NCBI GenBank assembly: GCA_963843975.1
Contig: CAWJMG010000003.1
Span: 1,290,001 to 1,322,000 of the forward strand
DNA from: an uncultured Actinomycetes bacterium
GTDB taxonomy: Bacteria; Actinomycetota; Actinomycetes; S36-B12; CAIYMF01
Direction: 5' to 3'
DNA: 32,000 nt
The notes under the pieces: generated by a model
What the model was told of the DNA's origin: nothing
Seen by the model: the letters and a program-made list of their open reading frames with translations, nothing else
Databases searched by the model: none
Program-made: the position numbers and the translations under genes
In this document: positions 17,223 to 25,149 of the stretch, piece after piece
Position numbering within the stretch: the stretch's first letter is position 1
Layout of the letters: every line of letters starts with the position of its first letter

Positions 17223-17538
17223 ATGCCCATGCACCGTGTGATCGCCGACGAGCCGTTCACCGTCGAGCTGCCGACCACCACGGGCGGCGCCCTCTACGTC
17301 CGCGCGTCGATCGGCGAGATCGAGCACATCACCGCCGTGCACCCGCTGGTGCAGAAGACCGGGCGCACGCTGCTGCTCGTGTCCACGCACGCAGGGTTCG
17401 CCGAGCAGGTCGAGTTCTTCCGCAGCAGCCTCGACGACGCCGAGCCTCGACGGCATGGACGGCGGGCTCGAGGCCGCCGTCACCGACGTCCTGTGCCGCG
17501 CGCTGCTGGACAGCACCGCGCTGGTAGACGGCGCCTAG
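17223..17538 (+). pseudogene. Small hypothetical gene requiring a +1 frame change near 17445 (frameshifted gene or sequencing error)
   Basis: ATG 17223 lies 5 nt after AGGGAGGG. Frame 0 has high GC3 through ..FFRSSLDDAE (gag at 17442-17444), then becomes Arg-rich with low GC3. The +1 frame from 17446 reads LDGMDGGLEAAVTDVLCRALLDSTALVDGA with high GC3 and stops at TAG 17536-17538, abutting the convergent gene. Confidence 0.55.
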
Positions 17539-18756
17539 CTAGATCGCGCGGAAGGCGACGGCGTCCACGACGTCGCGCTCGTAGTCGTCGCCGCGACGGT
17601 CGAGGCGCACGAGCGGCCCACCGATCGTCTTGCGCACCCACAGCGTCGTCGACGTCCCGCTGTCGAGACGGATCGCGGTCACGGCGCCGAGCTGCTTGAG
17701 CAGGCCGGCGAACTGGTGGACCGAGACACCGCCCCACGAGCTGCCGAACTGCTTGCCGGCGATCGCGACCACGAGCATGTTGCCCTGGGCGTCCCAGGCG
17801 ATCGCCGAGCGCGGGCGCGGGTTCTCGTCGCGCGAACTGCACGGGGCGTCGACAGCGCCGTCGCGCACGATGGCGCCGCCGCTGCCGGTCGCGCCGGACG
17901 GACGGCTGAACGGCGTGGCCGGGTATCCGGCGTAGCGCGTGGTGCCGTTGGCGCCGTACCAGACGTTCGCGGCGTCGCCGACCCGCACCTTGGCGAGCAT
18001 CGACGCGGCGGCCGTGCCGCTGCGGGCGGTGAGGTACTTCTCCCACGTCGCCGGGCGGCGGGTGGCCGCAGCGCCGGTGAGGATCTTCGTGACCTTGGTG
18101 CCCGCCACGACCACGACGCGGGTGCCCGCCGGGTGCGAACGGTTGCCCCACGCGTACGTGTAGACGGCGACGCCCTGGCTCGGCAGCGTCTGCCAGTTGA
18201 CCGAGCCGATGATCGCGCTGCCCGCGCGGGTGCTGACGCTGCCGGCCAGGTCGAAGGCGGCACCGGTGATGGTCTTGTTGACCGAGTCGACGGCGATGCC
18301 GCCGTACAGGCCGTTGGAGTACGACTGGCGCACGAGCTTGCGCACGACGCCCTTCGAGATCTGCACGCGGTCCGGGATGCCGGGGACGCTCGGGTTGAAG
18401 GTGCCGCCGTTGATGACCACCACGGCGTTCGGGTCGCCCTTCACCATCGACGACACATGGCCGGCGCGCGCGACGGTCGGCGAGGTCACGACCCCCGGGG
18501 TCAGCGACCCCTTCGGGATGCGCACGACGGCGAGGCGGCGGTCGCTCTCGGTGAACGAGCGCAGGTTGGTGTCCCAGATCCGTACCGTCGCGCCGCCGGG
18601 CAGCGAGTACGACGCGACCGGGGCCGAGGCGAGGATCGCCGGCGTGGGCTTGCAGACCACGGCCGCTGCCGGGTTCGCGGGCGTCGCCGTCAGCATCGTG
18701 ACGGACAGCGCGGAGACGGCGAGGACGACTCCGCTCTGGCGGGTGCTGGGACGCAT
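17539..18756 (-). CDS. Secreted phosphodiester glycosidase family protein (NAGPA/DUF2233-like)
   Basis: ATG 18756 lies 6 nt after GAGG. Signal peptide MRPSTRQSGVVLAVSALSVTMLTATPANPAAA. Family-like C-terminal core: AIAWDAQGNMLVVAIAGK..GVSVHQFAGLLKQLGAVTAIRLDSGTSTTLWV, plus VVINGGTFN. Confidence 0.8.
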   Translation of the reverse strand: MRPSTRQSGVVLAVSALSVTMLTATPANPAAAVVCKPTPAILASAPVASYSLPGGATVRIWDTNLRSFTESDRRLAVVRIPKGSLTPGVVTSPTVARAGHVSSMVKGDPNAVVVINGGTFNPSVPGIPDRVQISKGVVRKLVRQSYSNGLYGGIAVDSVNKTITGAAFDLAGSVSTRAGSAIIGSVNWQTLPSQGVAVYTYAWGNRSHPAGTRVVVVAGTKVTKILTGAAATRRPATWEKYLTARSGTAAASMLAKVRVGDAANVWYGANGTTRYAGYPATPFSRPSGATGSGGAIVRDGAVDAPCSSRDENPRPRSAIAWDAQGNMLVVAIAGKQFGSSWGGVSVHQFAGLLKQLGAVTAIRLDSGTSTTLWVRKTIGGPLVRLDRRGDDYERDVVDAVAFRAI

Positions 18757-18898
18757 TGCTGACCTCTGCTCGGTGGACGTGCGGCCGCCGCCCGGTCGGA
18801 CGGTGCCACGAGAGATATCGACCCTAGGCAGGCCCGCCTGAAGGGCGCCCCACCCGTCCGGACCAGCGGACGCCACGAGCGCGCAATGTTAAGAACAT

Positions 18899-18952
18899 TT
18901 GACATGGAGTACGTCCTGCTTTACCTTTGCCATGTCAAGCATTCTTGACATG
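18899..18952 (+). promoter_or_regulatory. Sigma-70-type promoter plus palindromic operator for the membrane-protein/HTH/dehydrogenase operon
   Basis: -35 TTGACA (18899-18904), 17-nt spacer, -10 TACCTT (18922-18927, TAnnnT). Palindrome CATGTCAA-N6-TTGACATG (18931-18952) lies at the expected transcription start. A third TTGACATG copy at 18899-18906 overlaps the -35. The region is locally AT-richer. Confidence 0.6.
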
Positions 18953-18970
18953 AGCGAACGAGGAGGAGCC

Positions 18971-19411
18971 GTGGGCTTCGAGGAGCGCAACACCTGGGCC
19001 TTCCTGGGCATCACGGTCGTGACCTATGCGACGTACGTCGTGCTCGTGCTGCGGTCCGCCGCCGGCGGCCCGCTCGTGGACGCGCCGTACCAGCAGTACC
19101 TGCTGGGCACGATCGGCGCGGCGATCCTCGTGGCGATCGTGGTCAGCATCGGCATCCGCGTCTCGATCGCCGTCCGCGACAAGGACGCCCCGCAGGGGGC
19201 CGACCAGCGCGACCGCGAGATCTCGGCGTTCGGCTCGCGGATGGGCCAGTCGTTCATGGTCATCGGCGGCATCGCCGCGATGCTCATGGCGCTCGCCGAG
19301 TGGGACTGGTTCTGGATCGCGAACGTCATCTACCTCTGCTTCATGCTCTCGGCGCTCACCGAGTCGATCGCACGCATCGCCGCCTACCGAGGCGGGCTCC
19401 CCCAGTGGTGA
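18971..19411 (+). CDS. Four-TM membrane protein (DUF2178-like)
   Basis: GTG 18971 lies 4 nt after AGGAGG (18961-18966). ATG 18950 and 18899 are alternatives. Four hydrophobic helices with a charged loop (DKDAPQGADQRDREISAFG). Stop overlaps the start of the next gene. Confidence 0.7.
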   Translation: MGFEERNTWAFLGITVVTYATYVVLVLRSAAGGPLVDAPYQQYLLGTIGAAILVAIVVSIGIRVSIAVRDKDAPQGADQRDREISAFGSRMGQSFMVIGGIAAMLMALAEWDWFWIANVIYLCFMLSALTESIARIAAYRGGLPQW

Positions 19412-19638
19412 GGCCGACGCGGGTCACCAACCGCATCCGCACGCTGCGCTTCGAGCACGGCGAGATGACCCAGGCCGACCTCGCCAAGAGCATCGGCGCC
19501 ACCCGCCAGACCGTCATCGCCATCGAGCAGGGCAAGTACTCCCCCACCCTCGAGATGGCCTTCCAGATCGCAGCCGTCTTCGGCGTACCGCTCGACGACG
19601 TCTTCCAGTACCCCACCAGCGTGGAGAACCACTCATGA
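19405..19638 (+). CDS. Small XRE-family HTH transcriptional regulator (YozG-like)
   Basis: NRIRTLRFEHGEMTQADLAKSIGATRQTVIAIEQGKYSPTLEMAFQIAAVFGVPLDDVFQY. GTG at 19405 or 19408 overlaps the upstream stop (GTGA). This type of HTH is commonly paired with a small membrane protein. Confidence 0.85.
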   Translation: MVRPTRVTNRIRTLRFEHGEMTQADLAKSIGATRQTVIAIEQGKYSPTLEMAFQIAAVFGVPLDDVFQYPTSVENHS

Positions 19639-20672
19639 AGGCCCTGACCCAGAGCGCGTACGGCGCGCCCGACACGTTCGTCGTCCGAGAGATCCCCGCC
19701 CCCACCGCCGCTGCCGACGAGGTCGTCGTCCGCGTCGAGGCCGTGGGCCTCAACGCCGCCGACTGGCACCTGTTCCGCGGCAAGCCCTACGCCGCCCGGG
19801 CCGCGTTCGGCCTGACCCGTCCGAAGAACCCGGTGATGGGGTCGGACGTCGCGGGCGTCGTCGTGCAGGTCGGGTCCGAGGTCACGTCGTTCGCCGTGGG
19901 CGACGAGGTGATGGCCGAGGCTCAGCGCGGCGGCCTCGCCGAGCTCGTCGCGGTGAAGGCGAAGCACACGGCACTGAAGCCGGCGTCGTTCACGTTCCTC
20001 GAGGCGGCCACGCTGCCGCTGGCCGGCGGCACCGCGCTGCAGGCGCTGCGCGACCACGGCAAGGTCGCGGACGGCGATCGCGTGCTCGTGATCGGCGCGT
20101 CCGGCGGTGTCGGCACCTGGGCGGTGCAGATCGCCGTCGCGCTCGGTGCGGAGGTCACCGGCGTCTGCAGCACGCGCAACGTCTCGCTGGTGCAGTCGCT
20201 CGGAGCGACGCACGTTGTCGACTACACCGCGACCGACGTCCTCACCGCGGGCACGACGTACGACGTCGTGATCGACATGATCGGCGACATCCCTCTGCGA
20301 GAGTGCCGTCGTCTGCTCGCTCCCGGCGGCCGGTACGTGATGGTCGGCGGCGGTGAGGGCGGTCGGATCCTCGGCCCGGTCTTCGGGCCGATGGGCCGGA
20401 CCTTCGGCACGTTCGTCCTCGGCGGCGGTGGCGAGAAGCGCTCGCTGAACGCCGCGATCGCCAAGCGCAACGGCGCCGACGTCGAGGTGCTGCGGCAGCT
20501 GGCCGAGGCCGGCTCGCTGAAGCCGTCGATCGAGCGGGTCTACTCCTTCGATGACGCCCGCGAGGCCCTCGCCCAGATCGAGACCGGCCGAGTCGCCGGC
20601 AAGCTCGCCGTCGCCGTCGGTTCGTACGCCGCCCAGCAGCACGCCACAGCTACCGAGGCGACCAACGGCTGA
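19635..20672 (+). CDS. NAD(P)-dependent medium-chain dehydrogenase/reductase (quinone-oxidoreductase-like)
   Basis: ATG 19635 overlaps the upstream stop (ATGA). Motifs: EVVVRVEAVGLNAADWHLFRG, GSDVAGVVVQVG, and nucleotide-binding VLVIGASGGVGTWAVQIA. Confidence 0.88.
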   Translation: MKALTQSAYGAPDTFVVREIPAPTAAADEVVVRVEAVGLNAADWHLFRGKPYAARAAFGLTRPKNPVMGSDVAGVVVQVGSEVTSFAVGDEVMAEAQRGGLAELVAVKAKHTALKPASFTFLEAATLPLAGGTALQALRDHGKVADGDRVLVIGASGGVGTWAVQIAVALGAEVTGVCSTRNVSLVQSLGATHVVDYTATDVLTAGTTYDVVIDMIGDIPLRECRRLLAPGGRYVMVGGGEGGRILGPVFGPMGRTFGTFVLGGGGEKRSLNAAIAKRNGADVEVLRQLAEAGSLKPSIERVYSFDDAREALAQIETGRVAGKLAVAVGSYAAQQHATATEATNG

Positions 20673-20841
20673 ACCCGCGGCCCCGTCCCTGCTCCAGTGC
20701 ACTGGCCGCGAAGCGAGGCGGCGGCCAGCACGCTGATGGCCCGAAGCGGGTCGTCGCGCGCTGAGTTCCGGGCATGACTGTGGGACCGCGCCCTCTCGGG
20801 TGGTGCGGTCTCTCGGTCGTGCCGGTGGATCCCGTGTGCGG

Positions 20842-20862
20842 CCGGCCCTTCTTCAGGGCCGG
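20842..20862. terminator. Short hairpin spanning the HNH gene stop between convergent genes
   Basis: ccggccc (20842-20848) and gggccgg (20856-20862) form a 7-bp stem with a 7-nt loop that contains the stop codon (tca at 20853-20855). Confidence 0.3.
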
Positions 20863-22379
20863 GTTCGTGGGGGTGCGGGGTCGGGGGGTTCGAAGGTGAG
20901 CCAGGTCGGGCAGCCCGGGTCGATGCCGGGGTTCGTCACGATGGTCCAGCCGCCCTCGTGCACGGCGTGGTGATGGCGGGGGCAGAGCAGGGTCAGGTTG
21001 TCGAGGTTGGTTTCCCCGCCCGCCTCCCACTCGTGGAGGTGGTGGGCCTCGCACCAGCCGACCCCGGTCCGGCAGCCGGGGAAGGCGCAGTGCCGGTCCC
21101 GGATCTCCAACGCCCGACGCAGCCGCGGTGGGACGGTGCGGTAGCGGCGTCCCTCGTCCCACACGTGCGCGCGACGGCGCAGCAGCCGGGCGGAGTCCGG
21201 ATCGAGGTCGCAGCCCGCGACCGGGTGCAGCAGACCCAGGCCGTGGTGGGCCTGGGTGTGCGCCGACCGGCGTGCGTCGCCGTGGTGGGCGGGGCCGTGG
21301 TGGGCGGGGCCGTGGCACGGGACACCGTCGTGGTGGTGGGCGTGCCGATCCGCGACCGACCCGACGGTGGACAGCTCGGTGACATCGGCGTCGCAGAGCA
21401 TCCGCTTGACGGTCTCCCCGTTGACCAGGACGGGGTTGGCGTAGCCGGGGACGGTCAGCTCGCCGGGGAACCCGGCGGTGACGTCGTCGACAGTCGTGGT
21501 CAGGGTGATGTGCGGCTTGACCCCGTGGGACTGGCCGACCAGGCCGTTGCCCAGCCACAGCTGCACCAGGTGGTTCAAGGACAACGCGTCCTGGTGCGCG
21601 GACGCGTTGCGGCGCCGCCGCTCATCGACCGCAGCGTCACCGGTGGGCTGCTCCTCGGGGGTCAGGGACCCCTCTCGGTACTGCGCATCCCGCATCCGGT
21701 CCAGCAGCACCTTGAGCGCTGCCCCGTTCTCGAGCGTGAGCGCGCCCTTGATCACGAACTGGTCCCCGACCTGGGTGACCGTCAGGAACTGGGAGGCCAT
21801 CGCCTCCTCCGCCCGACGCGACGCCGCCTCAGGATCCAGGATCTCCTTCAAGACCGCGGCGGCGCCGACGACCTCCTCCACCGAGCCCTGCTCGGCGATC
21901 GGGAGCAGGTAGCCCTCGCAGAACGTGCGCCAGGCGATCCGGTCGGCGTCGACCTTGTCCGCGATCGCGGCCTCGCTGCCCCGCACCACCGCAGCGGCCA
22001 GGTCCGGGGTGATGCGGCCGGCGACCTGCGCGACCCGAGTCGCGGCATACGAGCGCTGCGTGCGGGCCGCGGACACCACCGACCCCGCCCTGCCCGGCGC
22101 CATCCCGGTGCGCTGGGCCAGGAACGCCTTCGTCGACCCGAACCCCTGCGACAGCAGAACACCCGACGAATCGAGGCGATCCACCGCAACCATCCCGAGG
22201 GACTGCGCCGCATCGCGCACCGCGAACAGCTCCGCCGCCAGCTCAGGCAGACCCACCAGCGGCACCTCGGACACCGCACCCGACCCGGCCAGCGCGCACG
22301 CCTCCGTCAGCATCCCCCGCACCCCGGCGACCAGGCGCGCGAACTCACGCCCCACGTCGAGGGAGGTGGCCTGACTCAT
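20853..22379 (-). CDS. DUF222 / HNH endonuclease domain protein (13E12-repeat-type)
   Basis: ATG 22379 (MSQATSLDVGREFARLVAG..). C-terminal HNH motif: CAFPGCRTGVGWCEAHHLHEWEAGGETNLDNLTLLCPRHHHAVHEGGW. A His-rich insert (HHGPAHHGPAHHG) precedes it. Confidence 0.85.
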   Translation of the reverse strand: MSQATSLDVGREFARLVAGVRGMLTEACALAGSGAVSEVPLVGLPELAAELFAVRDAAQSLGMVAVDRLDSSGVLLSQGFGSTKAFLAQRTGMAPGRAGSVVSAARTQRSYAATRVAQVAGRITPDLAAAVVRGSEAAIADKVDADRIAWRTFCEGYLLPIAEQGSVEEVVGAAAVLKEILDPEAASRRAEEAMASQFLTVTQVGDQFVIKGALTLENGAALKVLLDRMRDAQYREGSLTPEEQPTGDAAVDERRRRNASAHQDALSLNHLVQLWLGNGLVGQSHGVKPHITLTTTVDDVTAGFPGELTVPGYANPVLVNGETVKRMLCDADVTELSTVGSVADRHAHHHDGVPCHGPAHHGPAHHGDARRSAHTQAHHGLGLLHPVAGCDLDPDSARLLRRRAHVWDEGRRYRTVPPRLRRALEIRDRHCAFPGCRTGVGWCEAHHLHEWEAGGETNLDNLTLLCPRHHHAVHEGGWTIVTNPGIDPGCPTWLTFEPPDPAPPRTRP

Positions 22380-22521
22380 GGCGTAATCGTACACCTGTAC
22401 TACTAACCATGGAAGCCCTGGAGCCAGCAATCTTCAGCAATCCCAACCAATCCCGCCGATCACCCTGCGCCAGTCGACACCTCCACACACCGACACGGAC
22501 CTCGAGCGCGGCCGCCGATTC

Positions 22522-22561
22522 GGTAGTGGCAAGGCGTCACATGTGGCGCCTTGCCACTACC
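22522..22561 (-). terminator. 40-nt near-perfect palindrome downstream of the VOC/AraC transcription unit
   Basis: ggtagtggcaaggcg (22522-22536) and cgccttgccactacc (22547-22561) are exact reverse complements. The centre tcacatgtgg is itself nearly palindromic. It lies 48 nt past the VOC stop (22609) on the minus strand. Confidence 0.55.
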
Positions 22562-22608
22562 AGATCCGCGACGCCGACCTCCGACGCCGCGTCAGGCGCT
22601 GCGAGTCG

Positions 22609-23043
22609 TTACGCGTGATCGAACTCCTGCCCCATGTACTCGCGCTGCTCGACCAGCACCATCCAGTTGCCGGAGTTGTCCCGGCACACCGCCTCGACGC
22701 CGTAGGGGCGCTCGGCGGGCTCCTGGAGGAACACCACCCCCTTGGCCGAGAGCTCCTCGAAGGTCGCGCGGCAGTCGTCCACCGCCATCCCGAGCCCGTT
22801 CATGCCGCCCTCGTCCAGCGAGCGGTTGATCGCGGCGACCATGTCCGGGGAGAACGGTGGCCCGGGAGTGGTGAGGTGCACCTGGAGCTCGGGCTGGCTC
22901 GGGTGCTTGACGGTGCACCAGCGGTAGCCGTCACCCATCGTGATGTCGGTGTGCTCCTCGAAGCCGAGCACGTCGACGTAGAACGCCTTGGACGCGTCGA
23001 CGTCCTTCACGAAGACCGACGCGAGAGAGATGTTGGTGATCAT
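22609..23043 (-). CDS. VOC family protein (glyoxalase/bleomycin-resistance/dioxygenase fold)
   Basis: MITNISLASVFVKDVDASKAFYVDVLGFEE.. and ..GVVFLQEPAERPYGVEAVCRDNSGNWMVLVE are typical VOC beta-alpha-beta-beta-beta modules. Confidence 0.85.
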   Translation of the reverse strand: MITNISLASVFVKDVDASKAFYVDVLGFEEHTDITMGDGYRWCTVKHPSQPELQVHLTTPGPPFSPDMVAAINRSLDEGGMNGLGMAVDDCRATFEELSAKGVVFLQEPAERPYGVEAVCRDNSGNWMVLVEQREYMGQEFDHA

Positions 23044-23082
23044 GCTCGCGACGCTACGGCCGCACTCCCGCGAGCGCTTCTC

Positions 23083-23496
23083 CTAGGTTGCGGAGCTCCG
23101 CTCGACCAGTCCCCACATGAAGAGGTAGCACCCGGGGATGTGCGGGGCGCCCTCGGCGTAACGACGCTGGTACTCGCTCGGCGAGCACCCCACCAGCTCC
23201 CGGAACCGGCTGCTGAACGACCCGACGCTGGAGAACCCGACCGCGTGGCAGACCTCGGTCACCGTCAGGTTGGTGGCCCGGAGGAGGTCCTGGGCGCGCT
23301 CGATCCGGCGCTGCGAGAGGTGCGCGGCCGGGCTGATCCCGTACGTAGCCGTGAACAATCGCTGGAAGTGGTACTTGCTCAGGCCGGCGATGGCGGCGAG
23401 CGTCTCGAGGTCGAGCCCGTCCGCATAGTGCCGATCCACGTGATCGCGCGCCCGACGCAGGTGCGGGCGCACGTCGTCCGGGACCCCGACCGTCAT
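23083..23496 (-). CDS. AraC-family HTH transcriptional regulator (DNA-binding domain only)
   Basis: LDLETLAAIAGLSKYHFQRLFTATYGISPAAHLSQRRIERAQDLLRATNLTVTEVCHAVGFSSVGSFSSRFRELVGCSPSEY is a double HTH of AraC/XylS type. It lies 39 nt upstream of the VOC gene on the same strand. Confidence 0.88.
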   Translation of the reverse strand: MTVGVPDDVRPHLRRARDHVDRHYADGLDLETLAAIAGLSKYHFQRLFTATYGISPAAHLSQRRIERAQDLLRATNLTVTEVCHAVGFSSVGSFSSRFRELVGCSPSEYQRRYAEGAPHIPGCYLFMWGLVERSSAT

Positions 23497-23720
23497 CGCG
23501 GCACCCGGAGGGCGCGACTCGTCGCTGCGGTCATCGCGCCCCTCCCGAGATCGGATCGGGCGAGCATAGGCACGAGAGCGCTCACGCGGTCGACCCCCTC
23601 CCTCGGCGCCGGCTCCGACGACCGGCCGCGACAGGCAGGGCTCGAGCGGGCCCGACGTGGGACGACGTCGCGGGCGCGCGAACCGGTCGGCGCGGGCGTC
23701 GGAACGTGTCCGAACTACAT

Positions 23721-23750
23721 TTGGCGTATCAGGGTTGGCTCACCTATTCT
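23721..23750 (+). promoter_or_regulatory. Candidate promoter for the 23815-26917 operon
   Basis: TTGGCG (23721-23726), 18-nt spacer, TATTCT (23745-23750, TAnnnT), in a locally AT-richer patch of a 318-nt divergent intergenic region. Confidence 0.35.
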
Positions 23751-23814
23751 TGCTGCTCATCCCGAGTCGGACAGCGATTCTTCCTGTCTGGCTCCCGATA
23801 CGCCGGAGGATCTG

Positions 23815-25149
23815 TTGACCACGACGTACGCCGCACCCGTCTCGGAGCTCGCGACCCGCGAGGCCTGGCTCTCGCTGAAGGCCGCCGTGGAGGACATCCG
23901 CGCCCACCAGGCCGCCGACGGCTCGATCCCCGACGCCGCCGCGCACGCGGGTGCCGCGCAGGCGATCGCGACGGTGGTCGCCGGCGTCGAGGCCCTCTCC
24001 CCCGAGCTCCCGCACGACAAGGCGTACCACGCGGCCCTCGTCGAGGACCTGCGTCGCTGGGTCGCGAGCGGCTTCGGCACGCCCGACTTCCTCGACTCGC
24101 TCGTCGCGTTCGACTCGATGGCGCAGCGCGTCGACGGGCTCGAGCACCTCGTTCTCTTCCCGATGCTCACCCAGAACGGCAGCGCCGAGCGCAGGCTCGA
24201 GGCCGTGCTGCTCAGCGTGTTCTGGCCCGAGTGGGTCGCGCGCATCGAGGCCGAGCAGTACCGCAACGACAAGTTCGTCCCCGTCGCGTTCACCGACTTC
24301 ACCGCCGGCTACGACACCCACAGCGCGGTGCTCTTCCCCGAGACCGTCGCCGTGCGCGAGGTGCCGTCGTTCGAGTGGGGCGCGATCTTCTGCGACCGCG
24401 AGGCCGCACGCTTCCGCCGCGTGATCGGTGCGGCCGTCGACGGGCTCCGCATCGAGATGCCCGCCGACGCCGCTCCCCTGTTCACCGACCAGCGCGTCGC
24501 GCAGGAGACCTTCGTCCTCTGGGACCTCGTCCACGACCGCGCCCACATGCGCGGCGATCTGCCATTCGACCCGTTCCTCGTGAAGCAGCGACTTCCCTAC
24601 TGGCTGTATGCCATCGAGGAGCTGCGCTGCGACCTCACGGCGTTCCGTGCCGCCGTCGCTCTCGCGAAGCAGGGCGTCACCGGCGCGCGGCTCGTGCAGT
24701 ACGCCGTGATCCTCGACCGCTGCCTGCGCTTCCCCGTGAGCGGCAACCGCCACCGCAACTACGACAGCGTCGGCGGCCAGCTGCTGTTCGCGGCGCTGCG
24801 CCGCGAGGGCGCGCTCACCTGGTCCGACGCAGCGCTCACGATCGACTGGGACGCCGTCGCCGTCGTCGCGCAGGAGCTGCTGGGCCGGATCGAGGAGCTC
24901 TACCGCACGAGCATCGACCGCAACAAGGTGAGCCACTGGCAGGCCACGTACGACCTCGTGAGCGAGTACGTCGAGCCGCACGTGGCCTCCACCTGGCAGC
25001 ACGGACTTGCCGCGATGGGCCCGCAGGCCACCACGAAGGAGTACAACGACTCCGTGCTCCCTGACGAGTTCCCCCTCAGCATGTTCTTCGAGATCCTGGC
25101 CAAGAAGGTCTCCCCCGTCGTCGAGTCCGCACGCGGGATCCGCGCATGA
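23815..25149 (+). CDS. Conserved hypothetical protein (I recall this family as DUF6421; unverified)
   Basis: TTG 23815 lies 4 nt after GGAGGA (23805-23810). The earlier 424 codons of the 868-aa track ORF are antisense to the VOC/AraC genes. About 444 aa with high GC3. Notable segment: WDLVHDRAHMRGDLPFDPF..YAIEELRCDLTAF. Stop overlaps the next start (ATGA). Confidence 0.75.
   Translation: MTTTYAAPVSELATREAWLSLKAAVEDIRAHQAADGSIPDAAAHAGAAQAIATVVAGVEALSPELPHDKAYHAALVEDLRRWVASGFGTPDFLDSLVAFDSMAQRVDGLEHLVLFPMLTQNGSAERRLEAVLLSVFWPEWVARIEAEQYRNDKFVPVAFTDFTAGYDTHSAVLFPETVAVREVPSFEWGAIFCDREAARFRRVIGAAVDGLRIEMPADAAPLFTDQRVAQETFVLWDLVHDRAHMRGDLPFDPFLVKQRLPYWLYAIEELRCDLTAFRAAVALAKQGVTGARLVQYAVILDRCLRFPVSGNRHRNYDSVGGQLLFAALRREGALTWSDAALTIDWDAVAVVAQELLGRIEELYRTSIDRNKVSHWQATYDLVSEYVEPHVASTWQHGLAAMGPQATTKEYNDSVLPDEFPLSMFFEILAKKVSPVVESARGIRA

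Noticed and set aside
17446-17699. Frame-0 continuation of the small gene to 17699 (159-aa product).
   Set aside because: It has low GC3, is Arg-rich, and overlaps the convergent glycosidase gene by about 160 nt. The +1 frame carries the coding signal instead (see the frameshift finding).
20694-20705. 12-nt perfect palindrome CCAGTGCACTGG after the dehydrogenase stop.
   Set aside because: It cannot form a stable hairpin because it has no loop. It is a single occurrence and most likely chance.
20853-22379. DUF222-HNH gene as a discrete mobile element.
   Set aside because: I could not find flanking inverted repeats, target-site duplications, or an integrase or transposase. It is annotated as a CDS only.
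22543-23814. First 424 codons of the 868-aa plus-strand ORF (22543-25149).
   Set aside because: It runs antisense through the well-supported VOC and AraC genes and across a 318-nt intergenic region. Coding-like composition and an SD appear only at 23815.
23497-23814. Glycine or other known riboswitch upstream of the threonine-aldolase operon.
   Set aside because: I could not find the conserved glycine-riboswitch core sequences or any other riboswitch signature I recognise. Only a generic stem was seen, reported separately at low confidence.
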